Notes under the pieces: generated by a model
The model's input: only the letters and a program-made list of their open reading frames with translations
What the model was told of the DNA's origin: nothing
The model's database searches: none
From: Rhodosorus marinus CCMP1338
Taxonomy: Eukaryota > Plantae > Rhodophyta
Length of the DNA stretch: 64,000 nt
Reading direction: 5' to 3'
Assembly: GCA_029953675.1 (NCBI GenBank)
Contig: JAMWBK010000003.1
Location: 2,914,001-2,978,000, forward strand
Position numbers and translations under genes: made by a program
In this document: positions 23,829 to 37,585 of the stretch, in pieces
Layout: each line of letters begins with the position of its first letter
How positions within the stretch are numbered: position 1 is the first letter of the stretch

Positions 23829-26800
23829 TTAAGAAAGGTCAAAGCCCGCGTTGGAGGTAATAGAGTAAAGAAGCTTCTCACGCAGAATATTCTTGCTCTT
23901 GTACACAGGAAGCTTGAGCAGGTTTACACAAGTTGATGATGTGGGGAGCCGGTCGTCACCCTCCGCCTTATGGATGGCAAGCTGCGGACGTAGATACTTG
24001 AAACCTAACAGCGGTGCTCTTGGGGATGACGTTACGAACTTCAGCAGTTTTCGCTGCTCCTCAGTGTCCATGTCCGCAACGGTTTCCCAAAACCACTGGA
24101 TCACCTCACTCTTCTCGTGGAATCCATGATATTCTGTGTTCTTCTTGAGATCAACAAGATCAAGCTTTGAAGTATCAGCCTGCAAGAGCTGCTGCAATTC
24201 GCTTCGCGAGAACATCTTGACCATTTCCAGATCAACTACGTCTGCTAGTCCGCGAAGTATTGCTTCGGCCTGAGGTTTGATCTGCCTGTTCAGTCTGTAG
24301 TCAGCCACTCGATAAATGTACTCCAACCTGTTCTTCGCGGTTACGCGAACGTTCCCTCCTGTAACGTTGGGCGGAAAAGGCAAAACGAAACACAAAGGCA
24401 ACCAGGAAAAGGGGGGAAGAAGAATCAGGTTTAAGTTTTATACACGACGAGACAAGGACTCGAAGTCGTCTTTTTTCTCACCGTTTACAATAAGATCCAC
24501 CTCTTCACCGCTCAGCTCGCTCTTTACGATAGTGAAAGTTAGCCCCAAGTCTTCGACCGTTTCCGACGGCATTGACTTCACCTGAAGCAGATTTCGGTAC
24601 AATTCGGGGTCAAAAATTCTCAAGTCGTCGAGGTTGCTCACACGACCAACAATTTTTCCGATAAAGAAGTTGGCTAGCGATACGTTAAGCAGCAAGGACG
24701 ACTGTAGGGCCTTTCCGAGCATACGTCCCATGAACTCAAATTGATCCAGATGGTTGTCTCCCACCACAACTTCACTCGCTGGATTCGGATAGAGTTTTCC
24801 CTCCCACGTCTCACACATAAGTCCGTAGTCCGGAGAGAAGATCTTTGGAATCAGCTCGTACATGAATTCCTTGAACAAACCTCCTCCATCGATTCCAGCT
24901 TCTTCCAGACCGTCCGCACTGACAAAGCTGATTCTTATCCTCTGTCGCAGACCTCTCCTCATGTGATTCAGCTTTCTATAAGCCTCTTCCACAATATCAT
25001 CCCTTTTGATTGACACCTGGAGTCTACTGCCCCAGAGGCCAAAGTCGTCGGCTTCGTTCACCGTCTCGTGGAAAATAATGAGCCGTGCATGGAAAGGAAT
25101 CAAAATCGGGCATATGCTAAGCAGCTGATCAACTGCTACCAGTGTTGGAGTGACGGGTTCCTTCGTCAGCACCTGCTTAATCAGTCCCTCGTCAAAATCT
25201 GGAATATAAGAACCTAACACAAACCGAAAAAGCCGGCCTCGTAAGATTCTTGCGCTGTATGTTTGGTGGCTGAAAGAGCTAGAAGTCCATCAACTGTGAA
25301 GATGACGTGCATACCTCGCGTCCAAAAAGATTCCCCGCCAAAAGCACCGCCTTGCTCAGCCTCACAATCTCGGGCGTAGAGCATATTCAGTAGCTTCGCC
25401 GTTGCCTTCTTCGCGTCCAGTCCGTGAGCCCCGAAAACTGTCATGGGCGAGGTGTTCTCGCTGCTCATGACAATGGACCGTTCGAGAACCCCTTTCATCG
25501 TACTTGCGATACCCTTGACCTCCTCTCTCGAGAATGGCATCTCGTAGGAATAGAACTCGCTGGCGTCTTGAACAGCCAACAGAAAGGCGTACACGTGTGC
25601 AAAGAGAACAAACATCGGCGCTCTATCACCCAGAGACATGGTGCTGTCCTGCTGTAGAAGAACCATGTCCGCGAACGTCGGGAAATCCCCTTTGTCCTTC
25701 GCACACCCTTTCCACAAGCGGTATAACAAACATGAGTCTTTGTCTGCAACTTTCGAGTTAACCGCGAGCGTGCTCAGTACCGCGTGCTTGAACTGGACAC
25801 TGTTATCCATAAGCCTAAGGATTAGCGCTGACGCGGAGCTCAGACCGTCGCTCATGAAGATGTTCGTGAGGTGTTTCCTGTCGGACAGCATGGGCGTGAG
25901 CGAATTCAGGAGTGAATCGACTCCTTCGTAGAACTTATAACCAAGTGGCACCAGCGGGTGCTTGCTTTCTTGGTCTTCCGGCTCACTGTCCGAGTCCTGC
26001 TCCAAGTTTCGCTTCTTGAACTTATACTGGGCTCTGCCCAAAAGCTCATTCACGACGATGCAAAAGTCCGTCAGTACTTCTTTGCTCTGTGCGTTGAAGT
26101 TGTCTCTAACGCTGGAAGATATATCGAGCAAGTTGCTTAAGGTAATGACCGCCAGATCCGCATCCACGTCTTCTGGGTCCCTAATCCATTTCGACTTGGA
26201 TAACGATTTGTATAAATCCTCCAGGAAATCATGCCTGGTTAGAACCTCCCTGACGTCTTTCGCGAAGTACTCAACAACACCCGCCTGGGCAAGTATATTT
26301 CTTGTCAACAAACTATACCAATCCGAGTCTTCACCCTCTTGATCTCCGTGCTCGATGTCGTCCTGCGTCATCACGAAGTTCGACCTGTCTTCCCTCAAAA
26401 GCGGCTGCAGGCAGATGCGCATAATAGCTGAAACAGCGTTGGAAATCCTTACTCTGTCCTTGAATTCGAACACACTATTCATCTTGTAACCGGCAAGCAC
26501 ATAGAATCTTGGCGCACATTTCAGAAACACCCCGGCCGAATCTGAGGGTGCTTTCCACGACTCCCTTAAACATAGGTTCAAGGCGGCTTCATGTAGCTTC
26601 ATGTGGAACTCGTACGTCTCAGGGCCAATTCCCGCTATTTCAAACTGGGCCACTCGTACCCCCCAGAACACTACAGCGGCGGCCTCTTCATGTTTTAGGT
26701 AGTCGTTGTAATAAGCACCATCTGTCCGAAGGTCAGAAACCGCGGTTAAAAACTTCTCGAACAGTTGGGAGTCTACGTCAAACGAAAATCCGTCCAGAGT

Positions 26801-27184
26801 CCGTCGATAGCAGTTCGTGACCTTGAGGGGTCTACCAACGTAGATGATTGAGATGTGCCTCAAAATTTCACGGAACAGTTCAACCGTACGACTCCCAGAT
26901 TCCCATAGCTGATAAAGCTCAGCAAGCTTGTATCCAGACTCCCTTCTCACCATCCTCATGTGCTTCCATCGTCGAAAATAACCAGCCAGCAGAGCTGCGG
27001 ACTTCTCCCTACGTCTGTTCTCCGACCTCTGCACTCTAAGCGCTTGTGCGTCTGCCAATATTGACTTTGCATTCCTTTCCTTCACTGAGGATCCCCTCAT
27101 AGACACATTCCGTCGGGAAGTGCTTCCCAAGAAAATACCATTCATGGCGTCTTCAAACCGATCCAACCGAACAGCAGAAGTCAC
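23829..27184 (-). CDS. HECT E3 ubiquitin ligase of the UBE3B/UBE3C (plant UPL6/7) type, 3 exons
   Basis: N-terminal IQ-like segment, IPFHARLIIF, EAGIDGGGLFKEF, LLKFVTSSPRAPLLGF, catalytic RLPTSSTCVNLLKLP and C-terminal GFDLS. Intron 1 is 25314-25199. Confidence 0.93.
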
Positions 27185-29033
27185 CTCTCAAAACTGCCTT
27201 GCTACCCCCTCAACTTGATTTCCGCCTTGAAATTTTATCACAAACAAACAAAATAAAACGCAATCCAGGATTGCAAAGCGTCTTCTTCACGAATCCATCA
27301 CTCAAAACACTCCCAAGCGTGCTTCTCCACCCTCAAAGGCATATGCACACACAAAGAACACAACAAAGACAAACACAAAATGTACACACCAGATCAAACT
27401 CTATTCGACTAAAATACAATCAGAGCGTGCTAATGCTTTCTAACCAAACGTCTTATCAATCACATAGTACTATAAGGATCACACTCTCCTCCTCTACCTC
27501 ATCAACCCTCCTAACATCGTGTTGCCAGCACCTCCGAATACATGAGCCGATGTATATATTTCAGAAACCCCCAAAAGCCCAAATGAAAGGAAAACTCCCA
27601 AGTTCTCGAAAGTTCGCTTTCAACGATAAATAAATACCAAAAAAAAAAAAGAGAGCGAGAAAATGGAGTCGCCCGGCAGTCAGCTGACGGGAAGAAAAAC
27701 AAAATAAAATTCCGTGTTGTCATTTTCCGCTGAACAATGAACAATCATAATATAGTTTATTTTAGATATATTTCTAAATTAAGGTAATATTTTTTATGGA
27801 GAAAATGCCGCGTGGAAGGTCTTTTCCTCAAAATTTTGAACCGAGTTCCTCTAATATACGTCCAAGATCGGACGAAAAAATTCAAGCTTGGCACGTCTAA
27901 ATGTAGACGTGTTTAGACAACAGTTCTATAATTAAGTATATTCATTATTTGAAGATACTTTTGGTATCAGAAGGATTCTAGATTAGGAATCGAAACATTA
28001 TAATCTGTGATATGTCAGCTTTGTTTTGCTCTTCAGTCAGCCATTTCCAATGAGGCCTTAGAATCTGCTTTCAGATGCAAACTTATCTTGAATTGCATAA
28101 TTTTGTAATGCCGGGAGTTCTTGCGTCATGTCCAACAGGGGGGTAACTGGATTCGCATGCTTTTTTGCTCGGTTGTTCGCTTGGAGATGGTTTCATGCAA
28201 AAGCTTAGTCTACGTGCACAACGTTAATCTGATCCCATATAGGAGCTTTAGATTATCAATTCCGTCAGCAATTGCATCTCTATCCAAAATTAAGGGCTCT
28301 AAGCTTCTTTATTTTCTAAACATGAAGGAAAGCAATGAAAAGCTCTTGGCGGGCATGGATCGTTTAGCTGTGTCTGCCTTAGACAAACATCGATCTTTCT
28401 TCATGCGCTACTCGCCTCCTCGCTGAGTTATTCAGTTTCGTGAGCGGGCGCGTGATTCTGCTTCTTACGAACATCAATAAAGTGATATTTCAAAGTCGTA
28501 TATTCAGATGAGAGCTCTACATTTCCAGTTCAAACTTCAGCGCTTTTCCTCCTTCACAAGCCCGGGTTTCCGAGAAATGCGTCTGAATAAGATGAGTCGT
28601 TTTTCGGATGTGTTGAGACCCTTTGTTCGATAGAGGATGCGATCCGCTATTTTCCCTTTCTCAGGGATAGCGTTCTGCCCCTCCGCGCCATCAACCGGCT
28701 TCCCCGCTTCCATTCTTCACCCCAGCGCTATGTTTTTCCGGGAAGAAAGTTGAAAGGACGACGGCCGAAAACTCTGTTTGGGGGTGGGTGCTCTGTTGGA
28801 AATGAGGGTGAGTAAGTAGAGAAGGAACTTGACAAGCGGATGGAGCATGGAAAGTTCATCAAGTAGAATCGTTGGATGCTATGGATTCGTCAGCGTCTAT
28901 CGCGGAACGTTAACTCGAAGAGGTGAGGATTTTGGCTCACAGAGGAAGTGTTCGCTAAACGTGAGGGAGCAGGGGCTGGACAGGGACTGAAGAAGTTTTA
29001 CGGTTTTTGTCTTTGCTTTGCTTAGGTCGTACG

Positions 29034-30571
29034 ATGGTGATGAACAGAAGAATGGAGGGGGAGTTTGCCGATAAGTTTTCCGTGGCGCCGATGATGGACG
29101 TCACGGACCTCCACTTTAACACTTTTGCACGCAGTATAAGCAAACACGCTACGTTGTGGTCGGAGATGCTTGTAGATTCTACAGCAATCTACAATCCAGA
29201 ACGTACAGAACGTTTCTTCAAGCTAGGGGAGGACCTTCGAGTAGGTCCGACTGTTCTTCAGCTTGGGGGTTCAGACCCAAACAAGCTTGCCCAGGCTGCT
29301 TCTTACGTTCAGGACTTCGGGTTCGCTAGGCGGAAAAGAGTGGGAGACTGGTTTAATCCTCATGACGTGTTTTCTGAGATTCTCTCTTGTGTTGTCTAGG
29401 TATGACGAGATCAACTTGAATTGTGGATGTCCTTCGGACAGAGTATCAGGAAAAGGATGCTTCGGAGCGGCATTAATGAAAACTCCAGACCTCGTCGCTG
29501 ATATTACTGCTAGGATGTCTGCTGCGGTGAGAGGGACTGTACCCATAAGTGTCAAGGCAAGTGGGCATTTCGAGTGTGCAAGCATCCGAGTATGTCCTTA
29601 TATTCAAGTCTTCTACCATTTGTTGTCTTGCAGTGTCGCATTGGCGTGGATGATCTAGATTCGTACGAGAGTCTACGACATTTTATCATGACTGTGTCCT
29701 CAAAAGGAGACGTAAAAAGATTCGTAATTCATGCCAGGAAGGCCATTTTGAAAGGACTCTCGCCTGCGCAGAACAGGTCAATTCCCCCGTTGAAGTACGA
29801 CTACGTGTACAGACTCATCGAGGAATTTCCGGACCTCTATTTCACCATTAACGGAGGGGTAAGCGTGAGCAAAGCGTTTTGTGGATTGCGATGGGACTTG
29901 TTTTGCTTAGCTCGAACCATGGTGCAACCGGAGATTCTAATTTAGAGCTGTCCTGATAGCCCTTAGCAAATCCAAGACCACTGGGCTTTTGAGGTGCTGG
30001 GTCAGCTCCGCCGGCTCTCTGTTCGAGTTTTGTGAGAGCGGTTCACGTGTTGGAGCAGGCTCGCTTTAGAAATTGATAGCTTTGCGATTCTGACAGAGTT
30101 TTTACTTGTTCGGATCAGGTGCAGGACTTGAACCAAGTTGAGGAACACCTCGCGCGAGGCGCACACGGGGTAATGCTGGGCCGGGCTGCTCGGGATCGTA
30201 TCTGGGATGCACTGGGAGGAGTTGATGCTAGGGTTTACGGGGATCTTGACAAGGGAAGGTCGAGAAGGGAAATTATTCTTGAGTACGCTGAGTACGCTGA
30301 CAATGAGTTTAAGAACGCGAAGAGGGTTAGCAAGGTGGTTCTTGTGAAGCCGTTCATCAGCGCTTTCCATGGAGAAGATAATGGAAGGCTCTTCCGTCAG
30401 GCCATATCCAACAATATCAGAACAATGTCCATATACGAGTCTGTTAGCCATGCCTTCAAGCGCCTGGATGATGAAGTGCTCGATCGTCTACCAGGACAAC
30501 CAAAACCAGAGCGCGTTTTGTCGCAGCCTACGGGCATCGCGGAATTGGAAACCGTTGCGGATATTTCCTAA
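29034..30571 (+). CDS. dusA: tRNA-dihydrouridine(20/20a) synthase, DusA type (an upstream targeting exon is possible)
   Basis: [65 protein letters not shown] and GVMLGRAA, spread over 4 exons. Confidence 0.92.
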
Positions 30572-30832
30572 CTCTGTAACAATGCATAGACCAGGTAGTT
30601 CTTCGCGTGAGGAACTGAGTAAGAGTTGTACAAAATATTAAAACTAAGTGCGTAGAATGGTAGTTCTGGTACCGTGCAAGCTACGTGCATGATTCTTACA
30701 TCGGTGATGACTTTGTGCCCAAGCTCACCTCCAGCGGCAAGCCTGTTTTGGTAAACCCTCTGTCTTTTCCGCTCTTGATCGAAAACGGTGACCTGCGCGG
30801 TGCCCTAGTCAGAATTTCCATTATGTTGATCT

Positions 30833-32481
30833 ATGTTTCTCTCGACTTCAGCATCTCTTCCTGTGAGATCTGACCTCGTTCTAAGGACCACAGAAGAAGA
30901 GCTGAAGCCGCTTCTCGCTGTTCAAGACAGGCTGCCATGTCTGACCTCCATCGGAAGTCCTACCGAAGTTCGAGAAGACAAGAAGAGGATGTCTCATTTG
31001 TTGAGCGGAAAAGATCTTCGAGCTAATGCATGGAGAGACATATAAACGAATCCATGGATATTTGTCTGGCGATCTGCAACAAACTGATGCGGCTGTGTCA
31101 ACTCTGTCCTATCCAACTGACCCTCGCTCGGGTTGGGAATGGTGCGCAGTGGTGAGGGCGTGCTTCGGGTTTATTCTCAGGTTTGGGGGGAGGTGCTGGA
31201 TCGAACTTATGCTCCCAGACGACAAAAGCTCTGAGACGGATCAGAAATGTCTAGCAAGAACCTTTGCGAGATCGCCTGTGAGATTCTGCTGACTAGTGGT
31301 AAGAATGCATTACCAGCAGGAAGGTTTGCTTGATTTGGTTATTCTGATTTTCGATGGCGATTGATGCGTCTTCTCAGAGCTTCTTTGTATATTTTGTTCA
31401 TGTTGGTCCTTGACTTGCTCTGGATCCGTGCGGGTTGGGTGTCACTCGGTCAGATCCGGACTTGAAAGCTTCCCGAACGATCCAGGCGGTTGAAGATTGG
31501 ACTGCTGGAAGGATATCTGAAATTAGGGCATGTAAGGTCCCGGACAAACCCGCCAAACCTTTGGGTGTGCAATTGGTTGATCCGTGGAAGGTCCCTAAAC
31601 GAGGAAAAGGAGGAAGCGAGGCTACCAGGATATCTTCCTTGCATTCTCTTTGTCACATTGAGCAGGTTGCGGTAAACCTATCATGGGACATAGTTGCACG
31701 GTTCGCTGACCAGGACCTGCCAAGTGCGTTCTACGATGAATGGGTCAGGGTTGCTGGAGAGGAGGCAAAGCACTACAAGATTCTGTCCGAACGACTACAA
31801 GAGCTCAACTCGAAATATGGAAATCTTCCAGCTCATAATCGACTCTGGGAAAGCGCAACCGAAACCGTGAGTTCAAATTGACAATCACAACCTGCAAGCG
31901 TCCGTCCTGACGCAGCATTCCGTACAACGAATTTTCTATTTTGTATTTCGTTGTGCCCAAGGCTGATAGCCTCGAAGCTCGCCTGGCGATCGTTCACATG
32001 GTTCACGAAGCAAGGGGTCTTGATATCCATCCTCAGACTGTAAATCGCTTCAGATCTTCTGGCGATATGAGATCAGTTTCACTGCTTGAGGTGCTTTTTA
32101 ACACCAGGAGTAACCTTGTCCTTGTTTGATAAGAAACTGAGAGACAGTCGATCTGTTTCCTTTCCCTATACAGGATGTCATTTACCCAGACGAGATCACC
32201 CACGTCGAGGCGGGCGTTCGATGGTTCAAGTACATCTACAAGGACTCCTCGGAGGACGAAGTGATCCGTCGGTTCCATGAAATAGTACGAGAGCGTTTCA
32301 GAGGAAACCTTAAGGAGCCGTTCAACCATGAGGCTAGGGCAAAGGTTAGTTCAAGGTGGTCGTGGAAATGTCCTCTCTCAGGTGGCATCACCGGCTTCAT
32401 GGCTTTGGCATTGATCTTCTTGGCCTTCTTTTTTAGGCGGGATTTTCAAGAAGCTGGTATGAGCCGCTTTCCCACGACTGA
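30833..32481 (+). CDS. DUF455-type ferritin-like (di-iron) protein, multi-exon (start uncertain)
   Basis: LHSLCHIEQVAVNLSWD, EEAKHY, YGNLPAHNRLW, VHEARGLD, DEITHV, PFNHEAR.KAGFS..WY.PL. Stop at 32479-32481. Confidence 0.85.
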
Positions 32482-32591
32482 GCTGAATCCAGCGAAGGAT
32501 GAAAGACCCAGATGCGTGTTCTGGGTATCCTGTAGGGGATTGTTGCTGCTTGTTTGGGGCCGAGCGGGAGGGAGGAGTGTTGACTGAATAT

Positions 32592-33545
32592 TTAAGGTTT
32601 AGGTTTCACACCTTTAGACATCAGTTCCAGAGTCTCTTTCTCAAAAATGTCAAAGTCAGTAGAATCAGTGGAGGTGAAAGCGATATCCTTTGCGCGTGGA
32701 ATTTCAGAGTCGACAGGCAATTTGGGTTCTTCGGGGTCCCCCTGGGTGGTGGTGCCCACAGGTTTTACCTTGAGGCCGGCTTCACGCCATCGAGTCTTGT
32801 CAGTTAGCACCTACGCGGATGGATGAGATTTCAGCCAAGTATCGAGATCGACATGCCAAACTGAAAGAGAAAAGCATCAAAATTGAGTTAGTTTGAGCTG
32901 GAGGGTTTCCACACTTACCCTGTTAAACGTCTTCTCATCTGCAAGGTCTGCCAATGCCCCTGCTTTGGTCATAGTTAGTGAGGTCCCGGTCCCGTATTCC
33001 TTGAGGAGCTTGCTGATCTGCTCTTCCCCAACGCTGCAGCCTTTTCTGGGTTTGATAGATACAAAAAAATCGCGCGTCTCCGTAACGGGCTTGCTTGGCG
33101 TTTGGCTCTGCTGCAAATCCAGGTCCCGTCGTAGTTTCTCAATCTCCTCCTTCATTCTTTTTCTTCTCTCTTCGGAGAGGCCATACTTTCCACCCTGGGA
33201 TTGGTTTGCGGATTTCTTCGCCCTTGCCTGCATCTCTGCCTCGTACGCATGTTTCTCCCTCGTTTCCAGATCATCCCTCATCTTCCGCCTCTTGACGTCC
33301 ATCTTCCGACGCCGCTCCACATCCTGTGCTGCAACTTTTCTTTCAACATCCACATCCTTCCTAAGCTGCTCATCAGAAAGTATTTCATAGGCGAGGTAGA
33401 CGTTCTCGAACATCTGCGCCGCATGCTCATCACCGAGGTTCTTGTCCGGGTGCCATCGAAGCGCCGCTTTCCTATACGCGCGGCTGATCTCCTTTTGAGT
33501 AGCATTGGGACTCACTCCCAGTACAGAATAATAATCCTTATCCAT
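32592..33545 (-). CDS. DNAJC17: DnaJ-domain protein, DNAJC17/Cwf23-like, 2 exons
   Basis: J domain with HPD, followed by the KRRKMRDDLETREK coiled coil and a degenerate RRM-like C-terminus. Phase-0 intron at 32918-32811. Confidence 0.82.
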
Positions 33546-35189
33546 AGCGTCTTAAATTTTACCCCTTAGATCCTTCAGATCCTCCTTAGCCCACCCCTTC
33601 CACCAGTCTCAGACCTACAACCAGCCCGGCAGCGATACAAGCAAACCGACTTCCGAGAATGATTCCCATGGCAATAGTACACGTAGTACCATTCCCCGTT
33701 CATCCCTGTACTACTAAGTATTTTATTGACTGATTTCAATCAGTATTGAGGTGGTGTGTGAGGCTGGGAAAGCTAACTGATGCAGAAACCCCCGCGTATG
33801 AGCCCAGTCTAATTCTCTACTTATTCTGCTGAACGGCAACATTTAGATGACAATCTTTCTTGAAGCTTATAAGGGCTATCGATGAAGAACCCAAGTCCAA
33901 TCCCCGCGGAAAGGAAGGTCTTGTGAACGATCGGCGGTGAGTCCATTTGATTCCTTTGGCTAAAACCTCTTCGCCCCGTCCAAACTTTGGTTTCTGCGGA
34001 TGAATGCATTGACAAGCTAGGCATGAAATACGACAGATTTCATTGACGAATTCTCGCTGCGTAGGCATACACACGATGACGTTGAAGAGTCATCCAGACT
34101 GCATTTGCATTTTGTGGGCTGAGAAGCTTGGCTTGAAGCGACAAATTGGCTAAAGCTCTAGGCAGCTGCAGATGGGAAAGTGGTTGAGACAGCCGCTCGA
34201 CGCAACACCATTGCCTTTTGCGTCTAAGATCCGGCATCCGTCATTGCTTATGACTACTGTGCGTTTCTATTCTTGAACCTCCTCCTAGATGCTTCGTTGT
34301 CCTAGGTGATGCGTTTGTGCTTAAGAGGATGGGCGTGGACGGTTAACGACGAAGCAGATGAAAACGGGTTCAGGCTTAGTGCATACCAAATCCTGCCGGT
34401 GAACCCCTCGGCATTCACGGTCTCGTAGTCTCTGCTCCAGGCGCCATCGCTTTCCCACACGACGTCGTGTACCCGCACAGCTACCAGCACGGCCTCGAAC
34501 CCAGCTAACCTCAAGCATACTTTGTCCCTGTTTTTTCCTGGAGGCTGTTGTGAAAAACGCGTAGATGTCAACGTTAAGGAGAGTATTGCTCGCGACTTGG
34601 AACCCTGGCGTTCTGCTCTCAGGAATCGTCCACGTTATTTAGGGCAGAGGTGTCCCGCATGGCTTGTCAGGCCGAAGGGTTTCCAAGCAACCTCGCAGTG
34701 GCACGATTGCAGACCTGACCATCTATCTTCTCTCCATCCAAACCGCTTGCTTGTGAGTATGTGTTCAATTCTTTTTGCTTCCCAAGACTATGACTAGTCT
34801 CCTCGGTACATCTTGACCCAACACTAAGTTCGCTTTAAGCTGATCACAGATCTCGCGTCACATGGACTTATTAAATGGCTCCTCATTGGAGCCATCTCTG
34901 ACTCTCTGCCGTTCGAACCCCGCTTTGTCGTTGGCCGCACACTATCAACACGTCTCGCTTCCCCGCTCCTCGCAATAGATAGGCTCTGAACAAACCTGAT
35001 CATTCATCATCAAATGAACGTGTTTGCTTCAATACAGGGATATCTTCGCTACTTTTGAAGCCACCCTTTTCTGTTCTAGCTAGCAAATTCGCTTACGATT
35101 CACCTCGCGCTGCGCTCCTATAGTTTACTCCTGGTCCCTCCTTTGGTCAAATTCCTCTTATCAATTCTCCTCCCTCGCTCTCAATCCAA

Positions 35190-35221
35190 GAGAAAACCGT
35201 TGCTTAAGCAACGGTTTTCTC
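35190..35221. repeat. Perfect 32-bp palindrome
   Basis: GAGAAAACCGTTGCTTAAGCAACGGTTTTCTC equals its own reverse complement. Confidence 0.95.
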
Positions 35222-36065
35222 GTTAATTTCAACCCTACTAAAATTTATTTCTGAACAATTTTACGGATATCAGGGAAGTGGAATATTTCTCAATAATATA
35301 TTAGTAGAGTTTTTTTTATTTTATCGGATTAAAATATTGATTGTGAAATTGATTGCATCGACGATTCTTAGTTCGTTGAATGTTTCCCGCGGTGGGCACG
35401 GCAAGGTAGGGAGGGAATCTGGTGTGTAGAGTACATCTTGGAATTGGGCAGACACATTCTTCGTCAGCAGCAGGATATACCTCAAGCTACTCGTGTATGT
35501 ACAGGCTGAATGAAAAATGACTTGAACAAATCCGGTGAGTCCCCATGATGTCTCGCAACTAAAAAGTGTTCTTCCTCTTCTGGCAAAAACGTTCTAGAAG
35601 GTGTTGTTTGGTTTTTTTTCTTACTCTATGGACGAGGACGGGGTTGGATGCTGCGGACCGGTCGAGAGAGTGGATCGATGAGGATTGACTTGATAGATGG
35701 TTGCTCTTTGTGTGAGGACGGGGTTGCTGGGGGGTTCCTTTAGAAGAATTATCGGAAACTTGTGATGGAATTGTGTGGAGAAAGAAGGGGAAGGGTGGCG
35801 TAGGAATGGTTTGGTTTGATCCGAATTTCAGATTGTGCAAAAAAAGGGGGGGGATGGGGAGGGGGTGGGAGTTATTGAGGTTATTGGGGATGGGTGTGTG
35901 AGCGTGTGTGAGGGTCTAGTTTGATGACTCCTGGGGGAGAAAAGAGATATGAGTGAAGATGCTTTTTAGAGAAGACTCTCTGAAAGGGGTTTCCAGTTCT
36001 CCTTCTCTTCGTTTGGAATTGCTTTGTGAGGAGGCTGAGCTTTGGGCTCTAGGGTTTTTGCATAT

Positions 36066-37358
36066 ATGAATTTGTATAGAATAGGTCGATCGGGAAGATC
36101 CTTACGGATTGGTGGGAGTAGGGGACTATGTGAGGTGAGTTCTTCAATACGGGCGAGAACAGGAGTTGATGCTGGGGCCGTTGAAGAGGGTATGGGGCAG
36201 GAGCTTGAGATGGAGAGATATGGAGTCGGAGGCCGGGCACTGAAGGATGAATCTGTGGAGGAACTCATTGCCGGGACGGACCGTCGTTTGCTTTGTAGAT
36301 GGCAAGATATTCGGTCGATTCTCTCTGAGACGGAGAACATTGTTTTGCGGGAATCTCGTACCAAAAGGGCTGTGGCTGTGACGGCTTTTACGATTGGGGA
36401 GAATGCGCTGCTCGGGCCGAGTACTGAAAAGAGTATGCGGATTGGTCGTGTTCATCGCCATCTTACACTCGGGACTGATCGGAGGTATCGTCAAGAGCTT
36501 TTGAACACGCGGGTATTCGATCCTAACGTCTACGAAGCTTGCGTGGAGACAGCAATAGTTGCGGGCAAAGATCTTGCGGTATTTCACGATGCTGCGTTCT
36601 TGGAGTATGGCCGTGTCGATACGGTAGTGAGCTCCGCAATAGTGCCCAGAATCGATGCGCTTTACGAGAAACCTACAACAGTGAAGGAGTTGAAGTCAAA
36701 CGACGAGCTTAAATCTATGGAATTTGAACTACGCCAGGCGCTAAATTTTAGACATTGCTCGGGTTGGAACGTTGCCGATTCGAGGATGTTCGTACTGCTT
36801 GATGAGGAGGGCAAGTGGCTGTGTGGATGTGCGGTAAGCCGCGAAAACCCAACGCTCCGCCATTCGTGAACTTCTTTCAGGAATACTAACATCCGGAAAC
36901 CAAACACACTTTCTCTTGTCTACCACCCTAAAACACAGGTGAACGAACAGACCGTGTCTCTCCATAAACTTCCACAAACTGTGAGGTTCCTCCTTGCCAG
37001 AAGCACTCGATTGGAATCCCTCGTCAACCCGAACCCAAAGCTTCTGCTTGCGAAGATCGGCGCCTTCAATGTCTTTTCCAACGACTTTTCGCACCTCGCC
37101 AAGCTCTTTCGAGGCGTCAACTCCCAACTAGGAACACACCTCTGCATACATTACACGGTCGATTCAGACCCCTCCCTCGCCAGCTGGCGGAACGTAGAGT
37201 TCCTCCTTGAACTCCAGGGAACTATTGCCAGCGAAATCGAAACCCGGTTTAAGAAGGAATGGGGCCATGTCATGATCAGATTTCATGGTCTCAACCAGTT
37301 GCATCAAAACGGATTTCGTTTGCATCCTTTGTTTATCAGTCCAGATATGACCATCTAA
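36066..37358 (+). CDS. Hypothetical protein with an R/S/G-rich mitochondrial-like presequence, 2 exons, about 395 aa
   Basis: ATG at 36066. A phase-0 intron at 36834-36938 (GTAAG..ACAG) joins the 36042 and 36939 ORFs. No family recognised. Confidence 0.7.
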
Positions 37359-37585
37359 CTTTTCATTAAAAAACGCGAATCTATGTATTGTAACTCACAA
37401 GTTGGACACGGTGATACTCGAGGACTTGGTGCGCGCGCTGACTCCGTACCAAGTGGAATGGGCTTCAGCATAACAGCGACTTGCATAATCCTTCCGACAG
37501 CGACGGCCGCGTTCTGGCTTGGAGGCAGCACCTGATATCCTTATTATCCTTCATGGCGAGGAAAGCTTTACCACTGTAGCACTCT

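Noticed and set aside
25199-25224. Apparent 26-nt micro-intron in the HECT gene
   Set aside because: A stronger same-phase GTATGC donor at 25314 gives a normal 116-nt intron.
32893-33390. Antisense ORFs over DNAJC17 (and 42071-42634 over ARC1, 52914-53381 over the ABC1 kinase)
   Set aside because: Shadow frames of well-supported genes on the opposite strand.
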